Positions 36,425 to 49,637 of a DNA stretch of 64,000 nt are shown piece after piece. Source of the DNA: Psammoneis japonica (Eukaryota); assembly GCA_008632985.1 (NCBI GenBank), contig QPGO01000265.1, positions 1-64,000 on the forward strand, given 5' to 3'. How positions within the stretch are numbered: position 1 is the stretch's first letter; every line of letters starts with the position of its first letter. The notes under the pieces were generated by a model, which was not told the DNA's origin, did no database searches, and was given only the letters and a program-made list of their open reading frames with translations. The translations under genes were made by a program, and so were the position numbers.

Positions 36425-36736
36425 ATGACAACGTGCAGAGCACTGTTGAAAAGAGAGAAAGCTCATTTACATGCTCATGCAGAAAATTTCATTAGAAATC
36501 AATCGGAACCTCAGCGTAATTACACTCGTGAAATTGGCGATTCGGAGCAGCATTTGTTTGAACTCGAAGCTCGTGTCACTGCGCTTGAATTTGTCATTGT
36601 TTGGTTGTTGATTGTTCTCGTTGTGTGGATCAATTGGGAGCGCATTGTCTCATTTGCTGTGTGGATTGTTGATTCTTTGATCGCTGAAATTGTTCATCGT
36701 CATGTGTCAAGAAGCCTTGGAGAAAGCGTGCATTGA
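36425..36736 (+). CDS. Family A small membrane-protein ORF (103 aa)
   Basis: ATG at 36425; same frame, length and hydrophobic segment as in A1 and A2. Confidence 0.65.
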   Translation: MTTCRALLKREKAHLHAHAENFIRNQSEPQRNYTREIGDSEQHLFELEARVTALEFVIVWLLIVLVVWINWERIVSFAVWIVDSLIAEIVHRHVSRSLGESVH

Positions 36737-37968
36737 GCATAAAACCAAATTTTTGGATTCGGAATTGCCTGAAGTGAAACTCACTCAAACTTTTGACGAT
36801 GGAACTAAACTGTCAAAGATGTGTCCCATTTTTACAGGAGAACATGGAATTGAATCACTGTTGCATGTGGAGGACCGTTTCTGGAGGGTGGCAAGACAGT
36901 TGGATTGTGACACCGGAACGGAACTCTTCGATGCTTTTGAGGATTGCTCACAAGGCACTGCAGAGGCAAAATGGCAGAATGTCACGGCAGGCATTCCACA
37001 GAATCAAAGGATGGTAGCTCGGTTCAATCAAGCCATTGCGGATTGCTGTCTGCGCTGTGTGAAGCCGACAGCTCGTGATGCGATGAAGATGTGCTTGCCT
37101 GCTTGCAAGAAACCTCACTCCGCGGAATCTGCAACACACATTGATCGTGTGGAAACTTTGTTTCGCTGTGCCAACCGTTTGCCCAGAACCGTCCCTGAAC
37201 TCACAGAGCAGGAACAGAAAAATGTTGTCTTCTGTGCCTTTCCTTTGACATGGCAGCAATCCTGTGTTCGTGCGGGGCAAGAATCATCTTGTTGCAGATT
37301 CAATGGTGGATGTTCAAGCCTGCATGAGCAATGAGAAGGTGTTTGCTGATGGTCAAGATGACAAGAAACACAAGTCCAATGATGGCAATGGAGGGAATTC
37401 CAGCAACAAAAAGGGCAACCGTGACAAGAAGGACACTGAGGGTCAACCCAAGGCTGGTGATCCATGTCCGGTCCCGTGGCATCATGGAAGACATGCATGG
37501 GGCCAGTGTTGTGACAATCCAAACAATCCCAACTATCGTGGACCTCAAAACCGCGGCGGTCAAGGTGGAGGTTGTGGCGGTGGAGGTCGAGGCGGAGGTC
37601 GCTTCCAAAGAGGCCGTGGTCCTGGCCGTGGTGGAGGTGGACGCTTTGGCGGTCGTGGCAACCAAAACCAAGGAGGTCGTGGTGCCTGTCATGATAATTA
37701 CAACAACAACAACAACAACAATGGGAATCAAAACAACAATGGCAACCAAGGTGGTGGTGGCCAACATTGTTGCAATGACAACAACAATAGTGGTGGCCAA
37801 AGTCAGGCCAACGGTCATGCTGCTCAAGCAGACAATGTGAATGACAACCAGGCTTGAGAAGCTCTTCGTGGTGAGATGCACCATTTCGATGTGATCGGAC
37901 GAGGCCCTCCACATTCCGGAGGTGTGGTGAGGTTTCAGCCAGATGGGCAGTTTCCTCGGCAGTTCTGA
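36702..37968 (+). pseudogene. gag: A3 gag (frameshift near 37280, premature TGA 37855)
   Basis: ORFs 36690..37334 and 37264..37857 match A1 gag. Confidence 0.85.
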
Positions 37969-38878
37969 GAAGAAGGAGCTGAATGCTCCAGAGCTGAATG
38001 CTCCCAATTGCCTGCATGTGAAGTGTTTGTTGAAGATGATTGTGCTGTGCCTGAAAATTTGCCTGAAAGTTTTGCTTTTGATTGTTTTGAAAATCCTGAC
38101 GAATTGTTGCCTGTTGAATTTGAAGATGCTGCAGAAAATCACATGAATGAAGAGGGGGACGTGTTCGATCAAGATGCATTTGAACACAACATTCCTCTCC
38201 CCAAAATGGGTTCGCAAGTCTCGCGTACCGCATTGGTCCCATCAACTCCATTGGTTGCCAAATCGATCCAGCGTCATGAGTCGAATTGCGTGATGCGTGT
38301 GCCATTTGATTCTGGTGGCTCTCACACTGTGATCTCTTCTCAAGTTTTACCTCGTGGAGTTGTGCCATCCATTGATGAGCAAGGAGCACGAGCTTTTCAA
38401 ACCGTTGCAGGTCCTTTTCCAGTCGGGTCGTTGGGTGGCTCTGAGTGATGTTGCACTGCCCGAATTCGACAAGACCAGAAGAGTTGATGGTTGTGTGGCT
38501 CATGTGTTTGATGCTCCGTGTGCATGTGACATTGTTTTGGGTTGAGATTTCCCAGACAAAATTGGGCTTCATTTAAATTATGACACAAGAACTCTACGTT
38601 GGTTGGACCGTGTTGTTCCGATGAAGGAGCCTTGTCATTGGTCCAAGTCCTACAACTGGTGTGTTGCACTAGACCGAATGGATGAATTCGATGAAGACTA
38701 CGAGGACGAATCGAACTACAGATGTGACGATGGATGTGACAGCCATGTGTTGGATGCTTAGCATGAAGCAACGGATCCTGCGGACGTGGTTTGCAACCTA
38801 GATTGCCTGACGGAAGAGCAAAAGAAGAAGCCATCAACAGTGTTGGAAAAATGCTCAACCTCATTTGACGGAACCTTG
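37969..38878 (+). pseudogene. pol: A3 pol, 5' part (protease)
   Basis: FDSGGSHT in ORF 38008..38448, in frame with the gag stop. Confidence 0.85.
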
Positions 38879-39429
38879 TGCCCCATGCATGTGCTAGGCG
38901 CTGAAAAAGAAGATGTGTTACGACTTTGTCGTTGTGAAAAATTATGAGCTAGTTTAGAGTAGAGAAAGTGGGATCGTGTGAACAGGGAATCTTGCCAAAT
39001 CCCTGTTCGTTTGCATTTGGATCGCATCAAATCGATCGTGCGTTCGCATTGTGGATCGTGCGAATCAAGCCATCACGCGCCATGCACGAGTGATGTCATC
39101 ATGTGGAATCACGCTGCCATCGTGGGCCAGACGACGGGCTAGTGTGCTTCACACGGATGCTCTCTTAGCATCCTTCTGGAATTGCCCAAGACCCCAGAGC
39201 CATGCCCTCCTGTGGTCGTGCTTCCCAGGTGCGCGTTAACAACACTACGTTGCCACGTACAAGAGGCTCATGCACGGTCTCGCCATGTTGTCCAGTTGCA
39301 GCATGCCTCGCTGCTTCCCAGGCATGTGTTAACAATGCTACGTTGCCACGTGCAAGAGGCTCATGCACGGTCTCGCCATGTTGTCCAGTGGCGAGGCACA
39401 CTGCACACTCCCCCATGATCAGGGCCGTT

Positions 39430-39945
39430 AAGTGACAGGATGTCTTACTGGTGATGGGGTACAATCTGCCGTAGATTGTGCGCATCTATCAGCGCTCCGT
39501 TCTGGATGCGCAACGTGCCGTTGTCATGTACACGGACAACTCTGGCGGGTCCTGCACAGCTGTCAGAACCGCATTTAGAGGATTGTTCCTGTTTGACAAG
39601 CACCAATTGCCCTGCGGTATATTGATGCTCCTTGCGTTTCTGACATTTTCACGCTTGTTATTTAAGTGGATAAGCTTCTGCTTTCTGGTTTCTATGCACT
39701 TCCACTTAGCATGATGGGCAATAGATAAAACCGCATCGCGTCCGAAGACCAATTGCATGGGGCTTGCACGCGTGGTCGTGTGTACCGTAGCTCTAATGGC
39801 GAAGGCTACTGCGGAGAGGATGCCACTCCATGGGTCATCTTCGTCCAGTTCCATGTCCTGCACTGAAAAGGAACGCACCATGTTACCAAGTGTCTGGTGT
39901 GCACATTCCACTGTGGCATTCGCCTGTGGATTCCGCTCACTCATG
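39430..39945 (-). pseudogene. pol: D integrase C-terminal part
   Basis: ERNPQANATVECAHQ..SPMQLVFGRD; joins ..KKPM at 49638. Confidence 0.85.
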
Positions 39946-40360
39946 TGCAACATGCGTTGTTGTGCACGTATTATATGTGTGTGTCTATGTGTTAAATAAA
40001 AGTACATTTCAATCGTACGTCAATCGTGGGTTCGTACGAAGTACAGATCGGTCACACAGAAGTGATCGGATGTCGAGAATCGCAAATGCGATCGTACGAT
40101 GATGTTGACATCTTGTGTGTCAATGTCAATCGTATCCGGACAATCTGTTGTCACGATCATATTCTCCGAAAGGCCTTTTGTCTGCAGGAGCAGTACAAAA
40201 GGTTTAGGCTGTTGAGAACCCGTTCGGAGAAACCCAAAATGATTGCGTAGAAATAATTCTCATAATTTTCACTTTTTGAACTTCGTTCTACTTTCGTTTA
40301 CACTCGTTCTTCGAGCACAGTGCATTGTGCACACACAACACAGAAGGTAACAAGTTCAAG

Positions 40361-41515
40361 ATGAAGCTTTCACCTCATGCAACCAACTCTAAAACTTCGT
40401 TAAGGCAGGAGAAAATCGTTCCTCAACCGCTGGAATCGAACTCCGAGCCGAAGAGCCTCAAACCGAGCCAGTGCCTCAAGATGGAGCAACGTTTTCATCC
40501 CGAGAGGAAGGACAGCCGTACCTGCACCATCAATGTCGAGCACTACAAGAAACAAGGTGTCCCCAAGTTCATCGAATTTCTCAAGAGCTACGATCAACTT
40601 CTAGTGGGCCAGAACATCAGGAAGCAATCTGACAAGTTTCGTCTCATGCGTGTGTCACTCCAAGGAGACGCTCTACGTGCTTTCGAGAATGCGGCAGCGA
40701 ACCTTGAAGACGAATCTGCAGAAGGAAGCTTCGAGAAATGCCTGCAACATCTCACGAGGCATGTGTTTCCCAAGAACGCACTTTCGGTGCAGAAACGTTA
40801 TTTGCGTCGTGATCTCAAGAAGCCGGAGTCCATGAAAGTGTGCAAAATTGCTGCTTGGGTCCAGGAAGTCAACGAAGACCTCAAGTTCTATCCTCCCTTT
40901 GGGAAGGAACAGAAGATCGAGGACGACGAGCTCAAGGACATCCTCTTCAATCTTGCACCTCGAAAGTGGCAGCGTCAGTCGACCGTCCAGGGTTTCGAAA
41001 TTTTGAAACATACCTGTGACGAGTTGGTTGAGTTCTTGGAGCGCCTGGAGGTCGCAGAAGACACATTCGATGGCATTCATGCCAAGGCTGATGGCAGTGG
41101 CGGCACTGCATCAAAAGCCAAGAGTGGTTCCCAACGTGGTTCCAAAAATGGTCACCAACATGGTGCCGAAAAATCTCAGTCCGAGAAGTGGTGCGTTTCA
41201 TGCGAGAAATCCACTCATAACACGGACAAGTGCTGGTCGATCAAAAGACTTGCGAAAGAACGCCGTGGGAACTATGAACCCGACCCGAAACGGCGCCGTT
41301 CAAATGGCAATCGCACGTGGTCTCGTCGCGATAACAACAACGCCGCTCGCAAAGAAGAGTTGAATGCTGTGGCGATCCAAGCAGTTCAAAAAATGCTCAA
41401 AGCGAGTTCCTCGAACAATGACAAAAAGCACAAGAGCAAAGATTGTGATTCTGACACCCTTGACGAGGAGAATCATCAGTTTGAAAAAATGACGCGCAGT
41501 GATTCTGAGGAATGA
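40361..41515 (+). CDS. gag: C gag (knuckle CVSCEKSTHNTDKC)
   Basis: Open ORF homologous to D gag (LQGDAL..F). Confidence 0.87.
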   Translation: MKLSPHATNSKTSLRQEKIVPQPLESNSEPKSLKPSQCLKMEQRFHPERKDSRTCTINVEHYKKQGVPKFIEFLKSYDQLLVGQNIRKQSDKFRLMRVSLQGDALRAFENAAANLEDESAEGSFEKCLQHLTRHVFPKNALSVQKRYLRRDLKKPESMKVCKIAAWVQEVNEDLKFYPPFGKEQKIEDDELKDILFNLAPRKWQRQSTVQGFEILKHTCDELVEFLERLEVAEDTFDGIHAKADGSGGTASKAKSGSQRGSKNGHQHGAEKSQSEKWCVSCEKSTHNTDKCWSIKRLAKERRGNYEPDPKRRRSNGNRTWSRRDNNNAARKEELNAVAIQAVQKMLKASSSNNDKKHKSKDCDSDTLDEENHQFEKMTRSDSEE

Positions 41516-44500
41516 CTTGCACCGCAAGAGGAGTCTTACGCTCCACTGGACATTAGGAAGCCCAGAATTAGGGCCAAAGTAATTCACACTAGTCCAGCAG
41601 TCGTCGCCCACATGAATGCTTCATTGGGTAAAGCGAAAAATAAGCCTCTACGCGTTCTCCTCGACAGCGGAACATCGTCAACCATAATTTTGCGCAAATT
41701 CACGCGGAAACTCAGAACCAAAGTATCCGCCACCAAACTCTGGGAAACCCAAGGAGGGCTCTTTACGACTGACAGTCGATGTAAGATCCAATTCTCCTTA
41801 CCCGAATTTGACAAACACAAGATGATCGAAACAACGGCACATGTTGACAACTCCCCTTCTTCTTCGAGTCGTTATGATGTGATCATGGGACGCGACTTAA
41901 TGTCAAGTCTTGGGATGATGTTGGACTTCTCCAATGAAGAGATTAAATGGGAAGATGCAACTGCTCCTATGAAGAATGTTGATGCACTCTTCGATGCCGA
42001 TGTTTTTAAGTTGATTGCCGATCACATTGAGGAATCTCATGCAGTGATCAGTCTTAATGACAGGGTCAATCGGATCCTTGACTCAGACTGTCACGCTGCA
42101 AACCTCAACAATGTGACTGCAGCAGCCACTCATCTAACTCCTGAAGAGCAGAAGCAGCTGAACTTCCTCTTAAAAAGATTTGAAAACCTTTTCGATGGTT
42201 CTCTAGGCAAATGGACCGGGAAACCGGTGGATTTGAAGTTGAAATCGGGCGTGAGTCCGCATCATGCCAAACCATTTCCCATGCCACAAGCCTTGGAGGC
42301 GACTGCTCGTAAGGAGGTTGAAAGACCATGCAAGTTGAAAGTCTTAAGAAAAATAAACTGTTCTGAATGGGCGGCTCCAACCTTTATTCAACCCAAGAAA
42401 AATGGTAGAGTTCGGTTCTTATCCGACTTTCGTGAGCTAAATAAGAGGTTAATTCGCACTCCGTTTCCTCTGCCCAACATTCAGGATATGCTACAGAAGC
42501 TCGAAGGCTTCATGCATGCAACGTCCCTAGATTTAAACATGGGATACTATCACATCGAATTGATGCCGCATGCACGTCGCTTGTGCACGATCGTCATGCC
42601 TTGGGGCAAACATGAGTGCTGTAGACTCCCGATGGGAATCTGTGGAGCTCCAGATATTTTCCAAGAGCACATGAGTGAGCTCATGGCAGGTCTGGAGTTC
42701 GTCAGAACTTATGTTGACGATATGTTGTGTCTTACAAAAGGTGATTTTCAAGACCACCTCAAGAAGCTTGAAACGGTGTTCTTACGCCTAGAACAAGCCG
42801 GATTGAAGGTCAACGCCGAGAAGTCCTTTTTCGCTAAACCCGAAGTAGACTATCTAGGCTTTCATATCACCCGTAAGGGCATCAGTCCGATTCCAAAAAA
42901 AGTAGAAGCGATTCACGCGATCGCAACTCCTAAAACTCGCAAGGAATTGCAACGCTTTATCGGCATGATCAACTGCTGTCGAGACATGTGGCCTCGACGA
43001 TCTCATGTTTTAGCTCCTTTAGCCAAACTCACTTCTACCCAAGTAAAGTGGCAATGGACCGAAACAGAACAAAAAGCCTTCGAAAATGTGAAGCGCATCA
43101 TCTCCAAAGACATGCCACCATCATACCCAAATTTTAACACACCCTTTGAGATGTGCACCGATGCTAGTAATTCTCAATTGGGGGCGGTTGTTACTCAGAA
43201 AAACCGACCAATTGCCTTCTACAGCCGCAAGCTGAATGGAGCGCAGACGCGTTGTGCTACAACGGAAAAAGAACTGTTGTCCATAGTGGAGACGTTAAAA
43301 GAGTTCCGTAACACACTGTTTGGCCAACAGATAAACACATGTGCGGATCAAAAAAATCTCACACATAAAAATTTCACAACGGACAGAGTCATGCGTTGGC
43401 GTCTAATGATAGAAGAATACAGTCCCAAAATAACATACCTTGAGGGCAAGGCAAATATTGTCGCAGATGCGATCAGCCGACTTACTGTGAAGAAAATAGA
43501 ACCTATGGAAACCCTCAGCACAGAAGAGCTAGCTGAAAAGGTCCTGCCAAAATCCTACGACAATGTCTTTCCGTTAAATTACAAAGTTCTCGATTATGAA
43601 CAAAAACGGGACAAAGACATTCTCTCCCAATTGTCAAATAAGACGTTTCATACGAAGACTTTTCGTGGAGGCGAGCGAGACCGGTTGCTCACATGTCATA
43701 AGGATAAAATTGTCGTCCCGAGGACGTTACAAAAGGCAGTGATAGATTGGTGTCATACGTACCTTCTTCACCCTGGCATAAATCGAACAGAAGAAACGAT
43801 CTCACAACACCTGTGGTGGTCCACCTTACGTGAAGACATACGAAAATGCGTGTCGAGATGTGAGACGTGCCAAAAATTCAAAAAGAAACACAAGAAATAT
43901 GGACATTTACCTCCTAAGTGCGCAGAATCCGTACCATGGGAACGACTGTGTGTGGACCTCATTGGGCCATACAAAATACGTCGTAAGGGAAAGAAAGAAC
44001 CCCTAGTCCTGAAATGTTTAACAATGATCGATCCAGCAACCGGATGGTTTGAAGTTGTGAAAATCCCAAATAAGGAGTCCACAACTGTAGCTGGACTACT
44101 AGAACGAACATGGTTAAGTAGATGTCCTTGGCCATCGTTAATTACATGTGACCGTGGAAGTGAGTTCATCGGACACCAATTTAGAGAAATGGTGCAAGAT
44201 GATTATGGCATTAAAGTCAAGCCTATAACTACACGAAATCCACAAGCAAACGCAATTATTGAACGCGTACATCAAGTGCTGGGGAACATGCTCCACACAT
44301 TTGATTTGCAACATACACCTCTAGATACTGAGGATCCTTTCGCTGGAATGCTATCAGCGGTAGCATTTGCGGTACGTTCTATGTATCACACCACTACGCA
44401 AGCTACACCAGGACAACTAGTCTTCAATAGAGACATGACATTTAACGTCCAACATGTCGCAGACTGGAAATTAATCCAGCAGCGAAAACAAGAAATCATA

Positions 44501-44716
44501 AATAAAAATAACGCTCGAGAGAATGCTTGACGTACTCCTTACACGTACAGAGTAGGAGAAAAGATACTGCTCGAGAAAGACTCGCAAAAATTAGAACAGC
44601 CCTATGTTGGACCGTACGTAATAACAACGGTACATGCTAATGGCACAGTACAGATCAAACGCGGTGACGTTATTGACACTGTCAATATTCGTCGGATAAC
44701 ACCGTTTAACGACTGA
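41516..44716 (+). CDS. pol: C pol (PR-RT-RH-IN); one premature TGA at 44528
   Basis: LLDSGTS, YVDD, TDAS, HPGINRT..CETC, VDLIGPY, DRGSEF, NPQANAIIER; frame continues to TGA 44714-44716. Confidence 0.92.
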
Positions 44717-44782
44717 CTCTAATGTGCAATTAGGGAGGCGAATGCAATGTGCGTTGTTATGTACGTATTATGTGTGTATATC

Positions 44783-47700
44783 TGCACTATGCTCGAAGAA
44801 CGAGTGTAAACGAAAGTAGAACAGTGTACGAAAAGTGGAAATTATAAGATTAAATTTTGCTCTGTGATTTTTGGTTTCTCCGAACGAGTTCTCAATGGCC
44901 TAAAGCTTCTGCACTGCTTCTACAGACAAAAGGCCTTTCGGAGAATATATTCGTGACAACAGATTGTCCGGATACGATTGCTATTGACACGTAAGATGTC
45001 AACATCGTCAATCGATCGTATTTGCAATTCTCGACATCCGATCAACTCTGTGTGATCGTTCTGTCCTTTGTACGCATCCACGACTGTGGTACGATTGACA
45101 TATAAATAATATATAATCATAAACATGTATATAATATATAGTATTACGTCGAGTATTCTCATTGACGTTCTTGTTGATATGAACACAAGGACTAATTGTC
45201 CTGGAGTAAGTGTTTTTCCTGATATCGATTGTACATAGCATCGTGCCCAGTGCTTAATGTACGCTCTTAATTATGGCGTTCACTTACTTACTTGTGGATT
45301 TCATGTAGTTTGGCGGGCTTACTTTACATGCCATATTGCTCTGCTGCACTACCACGTTTCATAAGTAACAACAAACGATGGTCAAAGATATTATGACCAT
45401 TTCGTCTTGATAATCAATCCTGTGATGGTTATGAATTCCATTATGGATTTTTTTTTTGTACTTCAACCATCTATCAGTTGGATTTTAATCGTTATTTGGA
45501 CGTTTCTTTCTGACATACCGGTGTTATTTTGTCATTCCGAAGGCACTGGTTTCGTGCACTAAGTGGATAAATGTCCATTTTTCTTTTCTTTTTCTAGATC
45601 TTTGGCACATCTCGTGTGTCGACATGATGTATATTTTAATGTCTTGCCTCGTACATTGTACAATACAACCGTGCGGGTGTTGTGAGATTGTCTTTTGCCA
45701 GTGTGAAGTGGATACGTATAATGTGTGCCAATCTGTCACTGTTTTTTCCTAAATCGTCCTTTAAAAAGGCGATTTTATCCTTGTGACATGAGCATTTTTC
45801 GATCTCGCTCGCCTCCACGAAAAGTGTTCGTATGATATGTCGCATCCGACAATTTGGAGGGAATGTCTTTATCCCGTTTTAACGGTAGGACATTGTCGTA
45901 GGATTCAATTTTCTATAGTAAGTCGGCTGATCGCGTCTATCGCGACGATGTTCGCCTTGCCCTCGTTGTATTCTAATTCGGGACTGAAGTTGTCAACGTA
46001 TGACTTTGTCCGTTGTGTCTTATGATCCGTACATGTATAAATCTGTTGGCCAAACAGTATATTTCGGAATTTTATAAGTGTTTTCACTATGGACAGAAGT
46101 TCTTTTTTCCGTTGTAACATATAACATTGAAATCCGTGTATGATAACAATATAGTTTTTGATTTGATACGCTCCACATTTTCGGAGACTTTTCGTTCCGT
46201 ACTTGTACTTTTGCCGTTTGACCTTTATTGAGGTGAATTTGGCTAGTATTGTACAGGAGATCGTTGAGACTACATGTCTCGATAATAGCAACGTATGACA
46301 ACGAGATGTCGTAGTGTTCTTTACGTTTTTCTCGTGTTGCGATTGCTTGAATCGCCTCCATTTTCTTTGTAATCGATTGCATATCGTTACGCATGGAAGT
46401 CTTGATAGTTTATTTCAAGTTAAACAGTGAAGGACTTTTGTTGTTAACCTTCTAAGCAACTGTTCTAGTCGTTTGAATGCCGCACTAAGCTGTCACTTGT
46501 ACAGGTGATATTTTGAAGTTACTTTTGTCAGGCACAAACGATCACATATAGTCGTTCTGACAACTTCAAACCTGTTGTGAGTTCACTCAAGTGTTGCACA
46601 AAAATATCTGGGGCTCTATAGATTCTCATTGGAAGTCCACAGCACTCATTTTCTCCCCACGGCATGATTTTCGTGTGAGCACGACGTGTGCTTTTTTTAT
46701 TTGACATGGTGGCATTCCATGTTTGAATCAAATAGATTACATATATGAAACGTTCTTGCTTCAACAGCATTTCCTGAATATTGGGTAAAGGATGCACCAC
46801 CTGTGTGAACCTCACACTGAGCTTCTGAGTGTCGGATGCGGTCGAACTCGACCTGTTTTCTTTAGACAATGAGTCTCAGAGCGACTCATTCAGAGTAATT
46901 TCATTCTTAAGACTTCAATCTTTCATAATAGGTCAAACTCCTTTTGATTGGACGCCTCCAAAGACTATGATAGGAGAAGGTTCTCACGCGTCGTGGAATC
47001 GCGTCAGATTTTCCACGATGAGATCCACTGATGCTTCCCATACATTCGTCTGAGGAACTTTTCAAAACGATTTCAACCTCTTAAGAAGAAGATTGAGTTG
47101 GTTGTGTTCATTTGGGTTAGATGCATCGCCGTAGTTGTCACTTGATTAAGATCGATGGCGTGACAATGTGAGTCGAGGACCATTGGTTCCGTTATTAACT
47201 CTATTCACAGCGTCATATTTTTCAATGTGATCGGTTTTCAGCTTGAAAACATCGGCATCGAAGAGTGTATGAACATTCTTCATAAGGTAATTGCTTCTTC
47301 CCATTAGATTTCTTCATTTGCGTAGTCCAATGTGACTTGTAGGACTGGACATTAAGTCGCGTCCCATGATCATATCATTTGAACCTGAAGAAAATTTGGT
47401 GTTTTCAACACACACTGTTTGCATGTCAGCATGCCTCAAATTTCGCATGGTGAGAACTGAATTCGGTGTTTACTATCAGTCGTAAAGAGCTCACCCTTGG
47501 TTTCCCAAGTTTTTGGTGGCGGATTCTTGTGTTCTCAACTTTCGCACGAATTTGCGCAAAATTATGGTTGACGATGTTCCGTTATCGATAGGAACACGTA
47601 GATGCTTTTTTTTCTCTCCTTTCCCAAGGAAGTATTCATATAAATGATGACTCCTGGACTAGCATGAATTATTTCTGCCTTTTTTCTAGGCTTCCTAACA

Positions 47701-49084
47701 TCCAGTAAAGCACATAATTCGTGAATAGACCAAAATTATTCTTCGGATTCAGTCTGGATCATCCGATCAAATTGGTATTTTTCTTCACTGAGGGTGTCAG
47801 AATCTGATTCTTTGCCCTTGTGCTCTTTTTCTTTGTTCAAGGAACTCGCTTTGAGTATTTTTTGAACCGCCTGATCAATCATGACGTTCATCTCTTTTTT
47901 TTTTGCGAGCGGCATTTTCGTTATCGCGACGCGACCGCGTGCGATTGCCATTTGAACGGCGCATTTTTGGGTCTCTTTCAGAGTCACCCTTGCACTCTTT
48001 TGCTAGTTCATTTTTAGAATAGCTTCAATCCGTGATGTGGGTATTCTTTTTTCAAAGATAAGACCTTGCATTCACTTTGGATTGTTCTGGTACCATATAG
48101 GAGACCATTTTTGGAACCAAATTTGGAACCTTTTTTATTTTGGAACCAACTGCGCTATCAGAGCCTGAGTTGATATGTTTTTTCGTCACGGACGTCATGA
48201 ACGACCTTTAGATGACTCAAAACTTAATCAGCTCATCAAGGATGAGTTGCAATAGTTGATTGTTTTGGACAGTAGACTGATGCTGCCATCCTTGCGGTGC
48301 GAGTGATAGCTGATAAATCAGCGCTCGGTTTCCCGCTAGATTCGACTTAGAATCCATCTGAGGGTCGCATAGACTCTCATCATTGACCTCTTGGGTCTAA
48401 CAGAGGCTTTCTTGCTGTCAAGCAGCTCTGGTTTCTTCAGATCGTCTTGAAAATAATAATTCTGATTCTGAAGTGCAATTCTTGGAAAGACATGAGACAT
48501 GAGACTCTTGAGGTACTTTCCAACGGTTCCATCTTGCTCTTGGACTCGAGGCTCGTTGATTCGGTCTCCAAAAACTCTCCAATAGTCTCTCCTTGCATGC
48601 CAGACGTATTTCTCGGACCTGATCGACTCGGAACTTGCATTCTCTGCAACCATGACTTGGTGTAGATTTTTTGATAATGCGGTGCACTTGAGAGCCCTTG
48701 ATCCTTGGGTGCTTGGAATAGACCGTATTAAAGCGAATCCTCTTGTCTGGTAGACGAAAAACAGCGTTCCATCTTGAGGTACTGCTCGGCTTGAGCTTCT
48801 TCCGCTCGGAAATCGATTCCAGCAGAACTGATGCGATTCGTTCCTGTTTATAGAAGAATTTGCAAAGGCACATTAGTTAAAATTTTCATTTTCCGTGCTT
48901 TTTACCTTCTGTGGTGTGTATACACAATGCACTGTGCTCGAAGAACGAGTGTAAACGAAAGTAGAATAGTGCACGAAAAGTGGAAATTATAAGATTAAAT
49001 TTTGCTCTGTGATTTTTGGTTTCTCCGAACGAGTTCTCAATGGCCTAAAGCTTCTGTACTGCTTCTACAGACAAAAGGCCTTTC
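44783..49084 (-). mobile_element. Degenerate non-autonomous derivative of C, copy E1 (5' end lies in the gap)
   Basis: LTR segments 44783-~45140 and 48928-49084 resemble the C LTR; scrambled gag/pol relics (HPLPNIQEMLLK, KELLSIVKTL, EGKANIVA). Confidence 0.85.
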
Positions 49085-49319
49085 NNNNNNNNNNNNNNNN
49101 NNNNNNNNNNNNNNNNNNNNNNNNNNNNNNNNNNNNNNNNNNNNNNNNNNNNNNNNNNNNNNNNNNNNNNNNNNNNNNNNNNNNNNNNNNNNNNNNNNNN
49201 NNNNNNNNNNNNNNNNNNNNNNNNNNNNNNNNNNNNNNNNNNNNNNNNNNNNNNNNNNNNNNNNNNNNNNNNNNNNNNNNNNNNNNNNNNNNNNNNNNNN
49301 NNNNNNNNNNNNNNNNNNN
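49085..49319. other. Assembly gap (N run)
   Basis: 235 N between inverted related LTR sequences. Confidence 0.99.
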
Positions 49320-49637
49320 TTTCAATCGTACGTCAATCGTGGGTTCGTACGAAGTACAGATCGGTCACACAGAAGTGATCGGATGTCGAGAATCGCAAAT
49401 GCGATCGTACGATGATGTTGACATCTTATGTGTCAACATCAATCGTATCCGGACAATCTGTTATCACGATCATATTCTCCGAAAGGCCTTTTGTCTGCAG
49501 GAGCAGTACAAAAGGTTTAGGCTGTTGAGAACCCGTTCGGAGAAACCCAAAATGATTGCGTAGAAATAATTCTCATAATTTTCACTTTTTGAACTTCGTT
49601 CTACTTTCGTTTACACTCGTTCTTCGAGCATAGTGCA

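Larger units (their letters stand above)
39946..49637 (+). mobile_element. Gypsy family C, full length; 3' LTR split by E1 and the assembly gap
   Basis: 5' LTR 39946-40324; 3' LTR 44743-44782 + 49320-49637; perfect TSD CATG; PPT AGGGAGGCGAA. Confidence 0.93.

Noticed and set aside
2560..43400. Alternative genetic code as the cause of Tyr->Cys/His
   Set aside because: Sister copies retain TAY at the same sites, and non-coding LTRs and TSDs show the same change
2560..43400. ADAR/APOBEC-type editing of retroelement RNA or cDNA
   Set aside because: Would be strand-biased and limited to retroelements; here both strands, DNA transposons and TSDs are affected
49002..49563. ORFs containing long X runs
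   Set aside because: Artefacts of translating the N gap
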